Of a stretch of 64,000 nucleotides of DNA, positions 20,414-30,695 are shown one piece after another; the first letter of the stretch is position 1; every line of letters begins with the position of its first letter. The stretch is from Gammaproteobacteria bacterium (lineage in GTDB: Bacteria; Pseudomonadota; Gammaproteobacteria; Eutrophobiales; Eutrophobiaceae): NCBI GenBank assembly GCA_965116495.1, contig OZ220696.1, positions 4,032,001-4,096,000 on the forward strand. Direction: 5' to 3'. The notes beneath the pieces were generated by a model. The model saw only the letters and a list, made by a program, of their open reading frames with translations. It ran no database searches and was not told the origin of the DNA. The translations under genes and the position numbers were made by a program.

Positions 20414-23281
20414 TTAGCGGATGCCGCGAGACTTTTGCTTGTGGGTGGTCACTTCCAGTTTTTCCTGTTGCAGCGCATCGTCAACCAGCTTCTTTTGCTG
20501 CGCCAGGTGCAGGCTCAAAGAGCCGACTGCAGGGGAGGCCGAATAAATACGTCCGGCATAGCCGAACACATGCCGGGCGCTGAGACAGCCGATCATGGTC
20601 CCCCTGGATTGCATGTAGTACCAGCCACCCTGGTTCTTTGGTTCTTCCTGTACCCAGACGACTTCCTTTGCATTCGGGTACGAATCAATCACGCGTTTCA
20701 TCTCCTTTTGTGGAAACGGGAACAATTGTTCCAGACGTATAACGGCAATGTTTCCGACCTCATTGCCGCGTCTTGCTGCCAGCAGGTCATAGTACACCTT
20801 GCCACTGCATATCAACAATCGTGTAACATCTTCTTTTACTATATTTTCGTCAATTTCGTCGATCACCAGCCTGAACCCGCCACCGGTGATTTTATCCAGG
20901 GTAGAGGTGGACAGTTTATGCCTGAGCAGACTTTTCGGACTCATGACGATCAGCGGTTTACGGTAAGGCCTGATGACCTGCCGCCGTAACAGGTGGAACA
21001 TCTGGGCCGGTGTGCTGGGCTGGCACACCTGCATGTTCTCCCGGGCGCATAGCTGCAGAAAACGCTCCAGCCGGGCGGAGGAGTGCTCCGGCCCCTGGCC
21101 GTCATAGCCGTGAGGTAAAAATACCGTGAGACCGCAGAACCGTCGCCACTTCGCTTCGCATGAACTGATGAACTGGTCGAAAACGACTTGCGCGCCGTTG
21201 GCGAAATCACCGAACTGGGCTTCCCAGAGCACCAGGGCGTTAGGCTCTGCGCTGCTGTAGCCGTAGTCAAAAGCCAGCACGGCCTCTTCGGAGAGTGTCG
21301 AGTTGATGGCCAGGAATGAAGGCTGTCCCTCATTGAGGTGTTGCAGGGGCAGGTACGTATCACCGTCATCCTGGTTGTGTATCACAGCGTGACGGTGGAA
21401 GAAGGTTCCGCGGCCGCTGTCCTGGCCGGAAATACGCACCGGGAAACCGGCATCCAGCAAGGTCGCATAGGCCAGGGTTTCGGCATAGCCCCAGTCCATT
21501 TCCAGTTCACCGGCGCCCATCTTTTTGCGGTTCTCAATAATCTTCGTGACTGTCGGGTGCAGGTTGAAATGCTCCGGCACGGCAGTGAAGCGTTCCGTCA
21601 GGCGCGCTACCTGCTCGGGACTGACGGCCGTTTCGACCCACATATCCCATGCCGTTCTCTTGAACGGTTCGTAATTGATCATGAACCTGTAATCGGCATT
21701 GCTTGCCCGCGAGCCTGCCACGCTCCGGTTGGATTCCAGCGCCTCGAGGTAGGATTTGTGAATGGTCCGGACCTCATCATGGGTAACCACTTTTTCCTGA
21801 ACGAGACGCTCGGAATGTATATCCTCTATGTTCCTGTGCTGCCTGATCTTCCGGTACATGATGGGCTGGGTGGCGGCCGGTTCGTCCGCTTCGCTGTGGC
21901 CGTGCCTGCGGTAGCACACCATGTCGATGACCACGTCTTTCTTGAATTCCATGCGGAAATCCAGGGCCAGTTTCGCAACGTACACGACAGCGTCGGGATC
22001 ATCGCCATTGACGTGAAAGATCGGCGCCTGCACCATCTTGGCGACATCCGTGCAATACAGGGTCGAGCGGGAATCCAGCGGGTCGCTCGTGGTGAAACCG
22101 ATCTGGTTGTTGACGATGATGTGGATAGTGCCGCCGGTACTGTACCCGCGGGTCTGGGACAGGTTGAAGGTTTCCATCACCACGCCCTGACCGGCGAATG
22201 CGGCGTCACCGTGGATAATTATCGGCAATACCTGGGAGCGGGATTTATCGTTACGCCGGTCCTGGCGCGCCCGCACCGAACCTTCCACCACGGGGTCGAT
22301 GATCTCGAGATGGGAGGGATTGAACGACAGGGTCAGGTGTATGACGCCCCCGGGTGTCTGGATATCCGAGGAATAACCCAGGTGGTATTTGACATCACCC
22401 GAGTTGCTGGATTCGACGTCCTGTGCCTGATTGTGGATCCCTTCGAATTCATCGAACAGTTCCCCGGGCAGCTTACCTATGATATTGATCAGGACGTTAA
22501 GTCTGCCGCGGTGAGCCATGCCGATAACCGCTTCGCGCACACCCGCTTCCCCTCCTGCCTGCACGATTTCATCAAGCAACGGGATCAGGGATTCACCGCC
22601 CTCCAGCGAGAAGCGCTTCTGTCCCACGTATTTTCTGTGCAGGTATTCTTCCAGGGCATTGGCGGCGATGACGCGTTCCAGTACACGTTTCCTCTTTTCC
22701 GGCGAGAACCGGTGATGTCCTTCGGATTCTTCCAGCCTGCGCTGGATCCAGCGTTTTTGTTCGGTTTCGTTGATGTGCATGTACTCGGCGCCGATGGTCC
22801 GGCAATACGTGCCTTTGACGATGTAGAAGATTTCAGCCAGGGTAAGCTCATCGGGCGCAAACAGTGAACCCGTATTGAAAACCCGCACAAGGTCTTCTTC
22901 CGTGAAATTGTAATAAGCGGGATCCAGTTCCGGCACTTTCGGCCGCTCGTACTGTTTCAGGGGATCCAGGTCAGCTTGCTGGTGGCCGCGGAAACGGTGG
23001 GCATTGATCAACTGTAATACTGAGGCCTGCTTTTTGTTATCCGTGTTGACGGCGATGTTGGTTTTCGGCGTCGGGACCTGTCCGGTTTCCGCCGCGGGCG
23101 CGGATTCCCCGGCCTGCGCGTTGCCGCTGTTATCAGCCTGTCCGGTTTCCTCTTGCAGGGTATCAAAATAACTGCGCCATTCAACGGCTACGCCGGCGGG
23201 GTCGTCCAGGTAGCGTTCGTATATTTCTTCGATAAACGCGGTATTACCGCTGTAAAGGTGGGATGTTTCGCGCGTGCTCAT
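20414..23281 (-). CDS. sucA: 2-oxoglutarate dehydrogenase E1
   Basis: KRFSLEG, GMAHRGRLN, HGDAAFAGQG, GPEHSSAR. Confidence 0.98.
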   Translation of the reverse strand: MSTRETSHLYSGNTAFIEEIYERYLDDPAGVAVEWRSYFDTLQEETGQADNSGNAQAGESAPAAETGQVPTPKTNIAVNTDNKKQASVLQLINAHRFRGHQQADLDPLKQYERPKVPELDPAYYNFTEEDLVRVFNTGSLFAPDELTLAEIFYIVKGTYCRTIGAEYMHINETEQKRWIQRRLEESEGHHRFSPEKRKRVLERVIAANALEEYLHRKYVGQKRFSLEGGESLIPLLDEIVQAGGEAGVREAVIGMAHRGRLNVLINIIGKLPGELFDEFEGIHNQAQDVESSNSGDVKYHLGYSSDIQTPGGVIHLTLSFNPSHLEIIDPVVEGSVRARQDRRNDKSRSQVLPIIIHGDAAFAGQGVVMETFNLSQTRGYSTGGTIHIIVNNQIGFTTSDPLDSRSTLYCTDVAKMVQAPIFHVNGDDPDAVVYVAKLALDFRMEFKKDVVIDMVCYRRHGHSEADEPAATQPIMYRKIRQHRNIEDIHSERLVQEKVVTHDEVRTIHKSYLEALESNRSVAGSRASNADYRFMINYEPFKRTAWDMWVETAVSPEQVARLTERFTAVPEHFNLHPTVTKIIENRKKMGAGELEMDWGYAETLAYATLLDAGFPVRISGQDSGRGTFFHRHAVIHNQDDGDTYLPLQHLNEGQPSFLAINSTLSEEAVLAFDYGYSSAEPNALVLWEAQFGDFANGAQVVFDQFISSCEAKWRRFCGLTVFLPHGYDGQGPEHSSARLERFLQLCARENMQVCQPSTPAQMFHLLRRQVIRPYRKPLIVMSPKSLLRHKLSTSTLDKITGGGFRLVIDEIDENIVKEDVTRLLICSGKVYYDLLAARRGNEVGNIAVIRLEQLFPFPQKEMKRVIDSYPNAKEVVWVQEEPKNQGGWYYMQSRGTMIGCLSARHVFGYAGRIYSASPAVGSLSLHLAQQKKLVDDALQQEKLEVTTHKQKSRGIR

Positions 23282-23455
23282 CGTTATCCACGTTTCTGCA
23301 AGAGTTTTGTCTGTAATGTCCGGGGTTTGTCAGCAGTTTTTCAGTCTCATACACGATATCAAGCCACATTATATGACAATTTCTTGAAATTTAACTGAAT
23401 ACTTCCGTAACACATTAAACTATAAGCTGTTTTATTCCCGGTGCAAATTTTATAC

Positions 23456-23494
23456 GGGACAGACGCCCGACATATGGACTTGCGGTCTGTTCCC
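23456..23494. repeat. Degenerate GGGGAC-type repeat
   Basis: GGGACAGAC...GTCTGTTCCC arms in the divergent sucA/gltA region. Confidence 0.6.
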
Positions 23495-23562
23495 ATAGAT
23501 GTATGCTAGATAAATAAAAAACGTATAAAGCTGCAAAATCCCGTGTAGATGGAGAAGATTAC

Positions 23563-24852
23563 ATGATGCGTACTGTTACAATCACTGATAACAAAACCGG
23601 CAAGCAACTCGAATGTCCGGTTTCTGAGGGTACCTACGGCGCTCCGGTTATCAATACCAAATCCCTGTACAAGGAGTTGGGGATGTTTACCTTTGATCCG
23701 GGTTATGCCACCACTGCAAGCTGTCGCAGCGCAATCACTTACCTGGATGGGGAGAAAGGGATACTGTTGCACCGGGGCTACCCGATAGAACAACTGGCGG
23801 AAAAAAGCACCTTCCTGGAAGTTGTCTACCTGTTGATTCACGGCGAGTTACCGAACCGGCAGCAGATGGATGAGTGGGAGCATTCCATCAAGATGCACAT
23901 GCTGACCCATGAGCATATTTCCCGGTTTTACTCAGCCTATCGCTACGATGCACATCCCATGTCGATCATGGCAGGCGTGACCAGCGCCATTGCCTCGTAC
24001 TACCATGACCGTACCGATATCAGGGACCCTGATAACCGCCTGATGACCGCCAAGCGCGTTATCGGCAAGGTTCCCAACGTGGCGTCCAAATGCTACCGCT
24101 ACGCCTCCGGCCTGCCGTTTGTCTATCCCGATAATTCTCTCAACTATATTGAAAATTTCATGTATATGACGTTTTCATGGCCTACCGAGGATTTCACGCC
24201 GTCAGCGGTTGCCGTACGCGCTCTGGACCTTCTTTTCATACTCCATGCCGACCACGAACAGAATGCCAGTACGTCGACCGTGCGCCTCGCTGGCAGTTCG
24301 GAGGCCAATCCTTTTGCCTGTGTTGCTGCAGGCATAACAACCCTGTGGGGCAAGTCCCACGGGGGCGCCAATGAGGCCGTGATCCAGATGCTGGAGGAGA
24401 TCGGCACGCCGTCCAACGTCGGGAAATTCGTTGCCCGGGCAAAAGACAGCAAGGATAACTTCAGGTTGATGGGCTTCGGCCACCGGGTCTACAAGAAATA
24501 CGACCCAAGGGCAAAAATCATCCGTGGGGCATGCCATGATTTACTGGAGGAAATGAACCTGAACCAGCCTCTGTTCGAAATCGCCATGGAACTGGAACGG
24601 ATAGCCCTGGAGGATGAATATTTCATCAAGCGCAAGCTATACCCGAACGTTGATTTTTATTCCGGCCTGATCTACCAGGCCCTGCGCATTCCTACCTCCA
24701 TGTTTACGGTGATGTTTGCCCTGGCGCGCAGTGCCGGCTGGATTGCCCAGTGGATGGAATTGGTGGAGGATAAGGACTTTCGTATCGGTCGCCCCAGGCA
24801 GCTGTATGTCGGCGAAAAGTCCCGTAACTACATACCGATGGAAGACAGGTGA
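23563..24852 (+). CDS. gltA: Citrate synthase (type II)
   Basis: [37 protein letters not shown]. Confidence 0.98.
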   Translation: MMRTVTITDNKTGKQLECPVSEGTYGAPVINTKSLYKELGMFTFDPGYATTASCRSAITYLDGEKGILLHRGYPIEQLAEKSTFLEVVYLLIHGELPNRQQMDEWEHSIKMHMLTHEHISRFYSAYRYDAHPMSIMAGVTSAIASYYHDRTDIRDPDNRLMTAKRVIGKVPNVASKCYRYASGLPFVYPDNSLNYIENFMYMTFSWPTEDFTPSAVAVRALDLLFILHADHEQNASTSTVRLAGSSEANPFACVAAGITTLWGKSHGGANEAVIQMLEEIGTPSNVGKFVARAKDSKDNFRLMGFGHRVYKKYDPRAKIIRGACHDLLEEMNLNQPLFEIAMELERIALEDEYFIKRKLYPNVDFYSGLIYQALRIPTSMFTVMFALARSAGWIAQWMELVEDKDFRIGRPRQLYVGEKSRNYIPMEDR

Positions 24853-24854
24853 GC

Positions 24855-25832
24855 ATGAAACCCCCGGTACGCGTTGCCGTTACCGGCGCTGCCGGCCAAA
24901 TCGGTTATGCCTTGTTGTTCCGGATTGCTGCCGGGGAGTTACTGGGCAAGGAGCAGCCGGTGATCCTGCAACTTCTCGAGATTCCCCCCGCATTACCGGC
25001 ATTGGACGGCGTGGTTATGGAACTGGAAGATTGCGCTTTTGCGACTCTGGCCGGTGTGGTGACCACTGCTGATGCCGGTGTTGCCTTCAGGGATGCAGAT
25101 TTTGCTTTCCTGGTCGGGGCAAGACCGCGCGGGCCCGGAATGGAACGCGCAGACCTTTTGTTGAGCAACGCCGAAATCTTTAACGTGCAGGGCAGGGCAT
25201 TGAACGATCATGCAAACCGTGACGTAAAAATACTCGTTATCGGTAATCCGGCCAATACGAATGCCCTGATTGCCATGAAGAATGCACCTGACCTGGACCC
25301 GCGCCAGGTCATGGCGATGATGCGTCTTGATCATAACAGGGCATTGGCAATGCTTGCCGCGCGGGTTCAGTGCTCGGTAGACGCCATCCGTAAAATTGCC
25401 GTTTGGGGCAATCATTCAGCCACGCAGTATCCGGACCTTCACCATACCCTGGTGGATGGGAAAGCAGCCATGGACCTGGTCGAACGAAACTGGTATGAAA
25501 ATGAATTTATCCCCGGGGTGGCAAAGCGCGGCGCCGAAATCATAAAGGCCCGGGGCGCCTCCAGCGCTGCGTCTGCGGCAAACGCCATCTTGGACCATAC
25601 CCGTGACTGGGTATTCGGAACCCGTGAAAACGACTGGACCAGTATGGCTGTGGCCGCGGATGGTTCTTACGGCATTCCGGAGGGCCTCGTCTACTCCTTC
25701 CCCGTTACCTGTGCAGATGGCGGTTATGAGATAGTTAAGGGGCTGGACATCAATGAATTCAGCCGGGTAAAGATGAAGCAGACGCAAGCGGAACTGGAAC
25801 AGGAACGGGACGCGATCGAACACCTGTTTTAA
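24855..25832 (+). CDS. mdh: Malate dehydrogenase
   Basis: [36 protein letters not shown]. Confidence 0.97.
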   Translation: MKPPVRVAVTGAAGQIGYALLFRIAAGELLGKEQPVILQLLEIPPALPALDGVVMELEDCAFATLAGVVTTADAGVAFRDADFAFLVGARPRGPGMERADLLLSNAEIFNVQGRALNDHANRDVKILVIGNPANTNALIAMKNAPDLDPRQVMAMMRLDHNRALAMLAARVQCSVDAIRKIAVWGNHSATQYPDLHHTLVDGKAAMDLVERNWYENEFIPGVAKRGAEIIKARGASSAASAANAILDHTRDWVFGTRENDWTSMAVAADGSYGIPEGLVYSFPVTCADGGYEIVKGLDINEFSRVKMKQTQAELEQERDAIEHLF

Positions 25833-25916
25833 CTGGGCAGTATTCGTAACCCATGGTTGCCGTCACCAATAATCTATGGTAAGTGTATTATCTTTTGTAC
25901 TGGTATAACTGACAAA

Positions 25917-26411
25917 ATGCCCCGTTCACGTTCACAAATTGATACACACGGATTCCGCGCTAACGTGGCGATCGTCCTGTTCAACGATGAAGGCCGCCTG
26001 TTCTGGGCAAAGCGGGTAGGCATGGATGCTTGGCAGTTTCCCCAGGGCGGCATCAGGCAGGACGAGTCTGTTGAAGCGGCCATGTACAGGGAATTGAATG
26101 AGGAAGTCGGGCTGTTGCCCGAACACGTGGAAGTGGTCGGCGTCAGCCGGAACTGGTTACAGTACAAGCTACCGAAAAAATACATCCGGCGTCATGTCAG
26201 GCCGCTCTGTATCGGCCAGAAACAACGCTGGTACCTGCTTAAACTGACCGGTGATGAAAGCAACGTCAACCTGGCCTCGAGCAGGCGCCCCGAATTTGAC
26301 CACTGGCGCTGGGTAGACACCTCAGAGCCCGCCAGAAGCGTCGTGTTCTTTAAACGGGATGTCTACAAACGGGCACTGGCGGAATTGGAACCGCTGATGA
26401 AGGTTTCCTAA
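25917..26411 (+). CDS. rppH: RNA pyrophosphohydrolase (Nudix)
   Basis: GFRANVAI, WQFPQGG..RELNEEVGL Nudix box, CIGQKQRW, VFFKRDVY. Confidence 0.95.
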   Translation: MPRSRSQIDTHGFRANVAIVLFNDEGRLFWAKRVGMDAWQFPQGGIRQDESVEAAMYRELNEEVGLLPEHVEVVGVSRNWLQYKLPKKYIRRHVRPLCIGQKQRWYLLKLTGDESNVNLASSRRPEFDHWRWVDTSEPARSVVFFKRDVYKRALAELEPLMKVS

Positions 26412-26438
26412 CCCATATCACTTGGTGAGAAATCCGGT

Positions 26439-26810
26439 CTAGCGCTGGTTCGATTTCTCCATCATAAGCAACGGCAACAAGCGCCGGATAGCCCCGTTCT
26501 TTATTCTCTCTACCGCACCCGTAAAGAATTCGGGGTTGACCCCGTTGTCCGTCAGGGCGGTTTGCAGTTCGGCCAGGATCGAACTGCAGGATTCAACCGC
26601 ATTGCCTGCGATGACGCGAATATCGGGACTGGACGCCACATGCTGCCGTGCGTTTTCCTGCAAACAGCTTGTATATGCCAGGTTTGTTTCGCCCATCAAC
26701 ATCATATCTGCGCTGTCAAACGAGTTTCTCAGCGGCGTTTCCGCAAATGCCGCAACGCCGGTAAGATACAGGAACATTATTAGCCCGTATTTCCTGCCGG
26801 GGCTAACCAT
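26439..26810 (-). CDS. Hypothetical secreted protein with two Cys
   Basis: ATG overlaps the dps stop; signal-like MVSPGRKYGLIMFLYLTGVAAFA then helical-looking mature region. Confidence 0.65.
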   Translation of the reverse strand: MVSPGRKYGLIMFLYLTGVAAFAETPLRNSFDSADMMLMGETNLAYTSCLQENARQHVASSPDIRVIAGNAVESCSSILAELQTALTDNGVNPEFFTGAVERIKNGAIRRLLPLLMMEKSNQR

Positions 26811-27279
26811 GGTCTTCCAGCAAACTGCGCAGCATCCAGGCATTCTTTTCGTGAATTTGCATGCGTTGCGTCAACAGGTCCGCCGATGGTTCGTCATTGG
26901 CGCTCTCCACTACCGGGAAAATACTCCTGGCTGTCTTGACCACCGCTTCCTGGCCCTGGACCAGTTGCCGTATCATCTCCTGTGCACCGGGCACCCCGGT
27001 TTCTTCCGGGATCGAAGACAACCGGCTGAATTGCTGATAAGACCCCGGCGCCGCTACCCCGAGCGCCCTGATACGCTCAGCGATCTCATCCACTGCCGTC
27101 GCCAGCTCCGTATAGTGCTGTTCGAACAAGGTGTGCAAGGTAGTGAACATAGGTCCGGTCACGTTCCAATGAAAATTATGTGTCTTCAGGTACAGTGTAT
27201 AACTGTCGGCAAGCAACCTGGACAAACCTTCGGCTATCTGTTGCCGCTGGTTTTCGGAAATACCAATATCTATCTGCAT
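26803..27279 (-). CDS. dps: Dps family DNA starvation/stationary phase protection protein
   Basis: LYLKTHNFHWNVTGPMF..LH..FEQHY, DEIAERIRALG; AGGAGG SD before ATG 27279. Confidence 0.96.
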   Translation of the reverse strand: MQIDIGISENQRQQIAEGLSRLLADSYTLYLKTHNFHWNVTGPMFTTLHTLFEQHYTELATAVDEIAERIRALGVAAPGSYQQFSRLSSIPEETGVPGAQEMIRQLVQGQEAVVKTARSIFPVVESANDEPSADLLTQRMQIHEKNAWMLRSLLEDHG

Positions 27280-27340
27280 GTTTACCTCCTGTTCAATAGC
27301 GTGTTTGCCTGATTTAAAAACAGCATAGCGCAATATCGGG

Positions 27341-27391
27341 GATAACGATATTTTTAATATTTAATGGAATCGATAGATTAAATTAATCGAT
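27341..27391. promoter_or_regulatory. AT-rich LysR/OxyR-like site upstream of dps
   Basis: ATCGAT-N11-ATCGAT; minus strand reads ATTA-N7-CTAT-N7-ATTA, resembling OxyR ATAG-N7-CTAT phasing. Confidence 0.45.
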
Positions 27392-27401
27392 GACGATATT
27401 C

Positions 27402-27476
27402 GGGGTCAGAGTAAAAATACCTGATAGTACAGCAACGGTAACGCTACCGGATTGACCGTATTTTTACTCTGACCCC
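27402..27476. repeat. GGGGTC-type inverted-repeat element (19-bp perfect arms)
   Basis: GGGGTCAGAGTAAAAATAC-N37-GTATTTTTACTCTGACCCC. Confidence 0.9.
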
Positions 27477-27543
27477 AGGTTTCCGGCAGGAGTCAGGGAA
27501 CTGCTGCAATACAAGTGATCTGATTTTCATATAAACTGTTGCC

Positions 27544-28071
27544 ATGTATAGGGATGCCGTCACACTCGCAAAGACTTATTTTTATATCTGCCTGTTGAAG
27601 TACCGGCCCCAGGATGTTCCCGCTTCCCGGGAATTACTGGTAATCAGCGTCGGTATTTATTTTCTGCTTGGTTACGTGTTGGCGGGGCTGGATGAGAACA
27701 TAGTGAATGCGCTGCCGGCAGCCATGGTCGATACCGTGTTTTTACTGGCATTCACCCTGTTACTTCTGTTGTTGCGCCGTATGCCGGGCAGGTGGATACA
27801 GACGGCAACGGCATTGGCAGGTACCGGGATAGTGTTTGGCCTGCTGCTCATGCCCGGTATCGTAATCCTGTCCGAATCCGGCCCGGTGACACTCATTCAA
27901 CAGATCCTGTCCATCCTGCTCTATCTTGTCCTAATCTGGTACGTGGTTGTACTGGCGCATATCTTCCGGCATGCGCTGTCGTCCTCGTTCGCACTCGGGA
28001 TATTCATCTCAATGATATACCTGTTGCTGGGGGTCTTCATCGAATTAACCATCGTATATCCGGAGCCGTGA
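27544..28071 (+). CDS. Hypothetical integral membrane protein
   Basis: ICLLKYRPQDVPAS N-terminal motif, about 5 hydrophobic segments; coupled to mpl. Confidence 0.8.
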   Translation: MYRDAVTLAKTYFYICLLKYRPQDVPASRELLVISVGIYFLLGYVLAGLDENIVNALPAAMVDTVFLLAFTLLLLLLRRMPGRWIQTATALAGTGIVFGLLLMPGIVILSESGPVTLIQQILSILLYLVLIWYVVVLAHIFRHALSSSFALGIFISMIYLLLGVFIELTIVYPEP

Positions 28072-29423
28072 ATCTGCATATACTCGGGATTTGCGGTACG
28101 TTTATGGGCGGCATCGCCCGTCTGGCGCAACAACTCGGACACCAGGTTGCCGGGAGCGATCAAAATGTTTACCCCCCCATGAGTGACGAGCTGGTGAAGT
28201 TGGGCATAGAGGTCAGGCAGGGTTATGAACCGGACTGGCTCAAGCCCAGGCCGGACCTGGTCATAGTCGGGAATGCCCTGTCGCGGGGCAACAGGAGCGT
28301 GGAGTACGTGCTGGCGGAGAAGCTGCCTTATATATCCGGACCGCAATGGCTGGCGGAAAATGTTTTGCCGGGACACACGGTATTTGCCGTTTCCGGCACA
28401 CACGGCAAAACCACTACTGCAAGTATACTTGCCTGGCTCCTGCATGCCGCGGGGCAGGACCCCGGGTTTCTGATCGGGGGGGTGCCGGAAAATTTCGGGC
28501 ACTCAGCAGCGCTCGGCAGTCCGGGTTTGTTCGTGGTTGAAGCCGATGAATATGACACTGCTTTTTTCGATAAACGTTCGAAGTTTATCCACTATCGCCC
28601 CGACGTATTAATTATCAATAATATAGAATATGATCACGCGGACATATTCGCTGACGTAGGGGCGATCCGGAGGCAGTTCCATCACCTTGTCCGGACCGTA
28701 CCCGGCAACGGCAGGATTATTGCAAAGGCGGCATGCCCACATATCGATACGGTACTGGAGATGGGATGCTGGTCGCCGCTGGACCGTTTTGGTGACAGTT
28801 CCTGCGTCTGGCAGACCGTGCCGTTGAACCCGGACTATTCGAAATTCCAGGTGGTCAGACAGGGACAGGAAGTTGGGAGAGTAGACTGGCCGTTATTTGG
28901 CGAGCATAACGCGGAAAATGCCCTGGCGGCGCTGATAGCGGCGTACAGTGCCGGCGTACTCCCGCAGCAGGCCTGTGCAAGCCTGTCCGCTTTTACCAGC
29001 GTAAAGCGGCGCTTGCAATTACTGGCGACGGTTGACGGCGTTTCAGTTTATGATGATTTCGCCCACCATCCGACAGCCATCGCGCACGCCTTGCAAGCAC
29101 TGAGAAACCGCATCGGTAATCAGCGTCTTATTGCCATACTGGAGTTGCGTTCGAACACGATGAAAGCAGGAATACATAAAGATACCCTGGCCGGGGCGCT
29201 GACTGCGGCAGACCTGGTCTATGTACTTGAACCTTCCAGGCTTGGCTGGGACCTGCGCACAAGTCTCAACGGCCTGGGTGACAGGTTGCGCGTGGCTCCC
29301 ACTGTGGGGGATATTGTGGAACAACTTGACCGGCTCCGGATGCGGCACGATCATATCCTGATCATGAGTAACGGCGGGTTCGATAATATTTACCGGCGTC
29401 TGATAGAGAGGTTGTCGAATTGA
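28068..29423 (+). CDS. mpl: UDP-N-acetylmuramate:L-alanyl-gamma-D-glutamyl-meso-diaminopimelate ligase
   Basis: LHILGICGTFMGGIA, GTHGKTTT, EADEYDTAFFDKRSKF, DDFAHHPTAI; GTG start 28068. Confidence 0.96.
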   Translation: MNLHILGICGTFMGGIARLAQQLGHQVAGSDQNVYPPMSDELVKLGIEVRQGYEPDWLKPRPDLVIVGNALSRGNRSVEYVLAEKLPYISGPQWLAENVLPGHTVFAVSGTHGKTTTASILAWLLHAAGQDPGFLIGGVPENFGHSAALGSPGLFVVEADEYDTAFFDKRSKFIHYRPDVLIINNIEYDHADIFADVGAIRRQFHHLVRTVPGNGRIIAKAACPHIDTVLEMGCWSPLDRFGDSSCVWQTVPLNPDYSKFQVVRQGQEVGRVDWPLFGEHNAENALAALIAAYSAGVLPQQACASLSAFTSVKRRLQLLATVDGVSVYDDFAHHPTAIAHALQALRNRIGNQRLIAILELRSNTMKAGIHKDTLAGALTAADLVYVLEPSRLGWDLRTSLNGLGDRLRVAPTVGDIVEQLDRLRMRHDHILIMSNGGFDNIYRRLIERLSN

Positions 29424-30031
29424 TGCAAAACATTCCCTTGTTTCCGCTCCACACGGTTTTATATCCGGACGGACAATTGCCGTTGCGGATATTCGAGCCG
29501 CGCTACGTGGACATGGTCAGTAAGTGCCTGAAAAACAATACGGGATTTGGTGTTTGCCTGATAAAGCAGGGCGCGGAAACCGGTCCGGTCGCCACCTGTT
29601 TCAACATAGGCACCTACGCGGAAATTATTGATTTCTCCCGCCAGACTAATGGTTTGCTGACCATTACCATACAGGGAAAAAAACGCTTGAGGGTTTTGCA
29701 GACGGCTGTTCGGAGCAACAATTTACTCACAGGGGATATCGACTGGATCGCCCCGAACGAAGCGGAGGAAGATATGGAACAGTACCCGTTACTCAAGGAA
29801 CTGTACCAGCATATCGTCGAGAATTATGACACCTTGTACGAATATGAAGAGCGCTTATCCGTCAGTCCGGCAGTACTCAGCTATCGCCTGGCAGAATTTT
29901 TGCCGTTTGACAATAATATCAAGCAGGAAATCCTGGAAACAGACAAGGCGAATGACCGCCTGGAGTTAATCAATACAAACCTGATGAGCATGGAAATCGA
30001 GTTTGATACCAGCGGGACCAGTATGCAATAA
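29420..30031 (+). CDS. LON peptidase substrate-binding (N-terminal) domain protein
   Basis: IPLFPLHTVLYP..LPLRIFEPRYVDMV. Confidence 0.9.
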   Translation: MMQNIPLFPLHTVLYPDGQLPLRIFEPRYVDMVSKCLKNNTGFGVCLIKQGAETGPVATCFNIGTYAEIIDFSRQTNGLLTITIQGKKRLRVLQTAVRSNNLLTGDIDWIAPNEAEEDMEQYPLLKELYQHIVENYDTLYEYEERLSVSPAVLSYRLAEFLPFDNNIKQEILETDKANDRLELINTNLMSMEIEFDTSGTSMQ

Positions 30032-30044
30032 CGGGGCTTGACTA

Positions 30045-30695
30045 TTGCCTTACCCCGATTTAACCAAATCCATGGATCCGGCCACGCTCAGCCTGGCCGG
30101 CCTGACGCCCATGCTGGCGGTCTCTACAACGCTGCTCAGCAGTCTGTCGATAGGGATTGCCTACCTTGCCGTGCTGGTCCTGACCGGTGTAACCGTGTCC
30201 TGTACCAGGCGTTTTGTCCCGGCAGGTTTCAAATCTGTTTATGTGTTGCTGCTTGCAGCGGCCTGGGTCTCAATCATCGATTTACTGATGCAGTCCTGGT
30301 GCTATGCGCTCAGGGACCAACTGGGTATTTACCTGTGTCTCCTGGCTATGAATACTACTCTCCTGTTCCACCTGGAGGTGTCACCGCTGCAAAAAAGTCT
30401 GAGGGAGAGTGCACTGCCCGGTCTGAAAACAGCCCTGACAGGCGTTGCCCTGCTCACTGCGACAGGCCTGTTGCGTGAATTGGCGGCCACGGGAGGCGTC
30501 CTGACGGATATCCGCGTGCTGTCCCATGTTGAACTGTTGGCATCACTGCAGCCCGTACCCATTTTCACGAGGGGATTACCCCTGTTTGGCGCCAGCGCCG
30601 GCGCGTTCATCATCTTCGGATTACTGCTGGCTGCCCTGTCACATGCCGTCCCGGGTAGAATCCGGTCTTCCAGATCAGCCGCAGACGTTGAATAA
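30045..30695 (+). CDS. RnfE/RsxE-like membrane protein (orphan, divergent)
   Basis: GLTPMLAVST, IDLLMQ..LGIYL, GLLRELAA.G, GAFIIFGLLLA; immediately upstream of nth as rsxE is in many gammaproteobacteria. Confidence 0.8.
   Translation: MPYPDLTKSMDPATLSLAGLTPMLAVSTTLLSSLSIGIAYLAVLVLTGVTVSCTRRFVPAGFKSVYVLLLAAAWVSIIDLLMQSWCYALRDQLGIYLCLLAMNTTLLFHLEVSPLQKSLRESALPGLKTALTGVALLTATGLLRELAATGGVLTDIRVLSHVELLASLQPVPIFTRGLPLFGASAGAFIIFGLLLAALSHAVPGRIRSSRSAADVE

Noticed and set aside
21338-22867. 509-aa antisense ORF in sucA (likewise 16159..17166, 53129..54022 and others)
   Set aside because: Stop-poor antisense frames expected from GC-rich codon usage; no motifs.
27792-28067. N-terminal extension of Mpl in the ORF track
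   Set aside because: Overlaps the upstream membrane protein; Mpl homology begins at GTG 28068.
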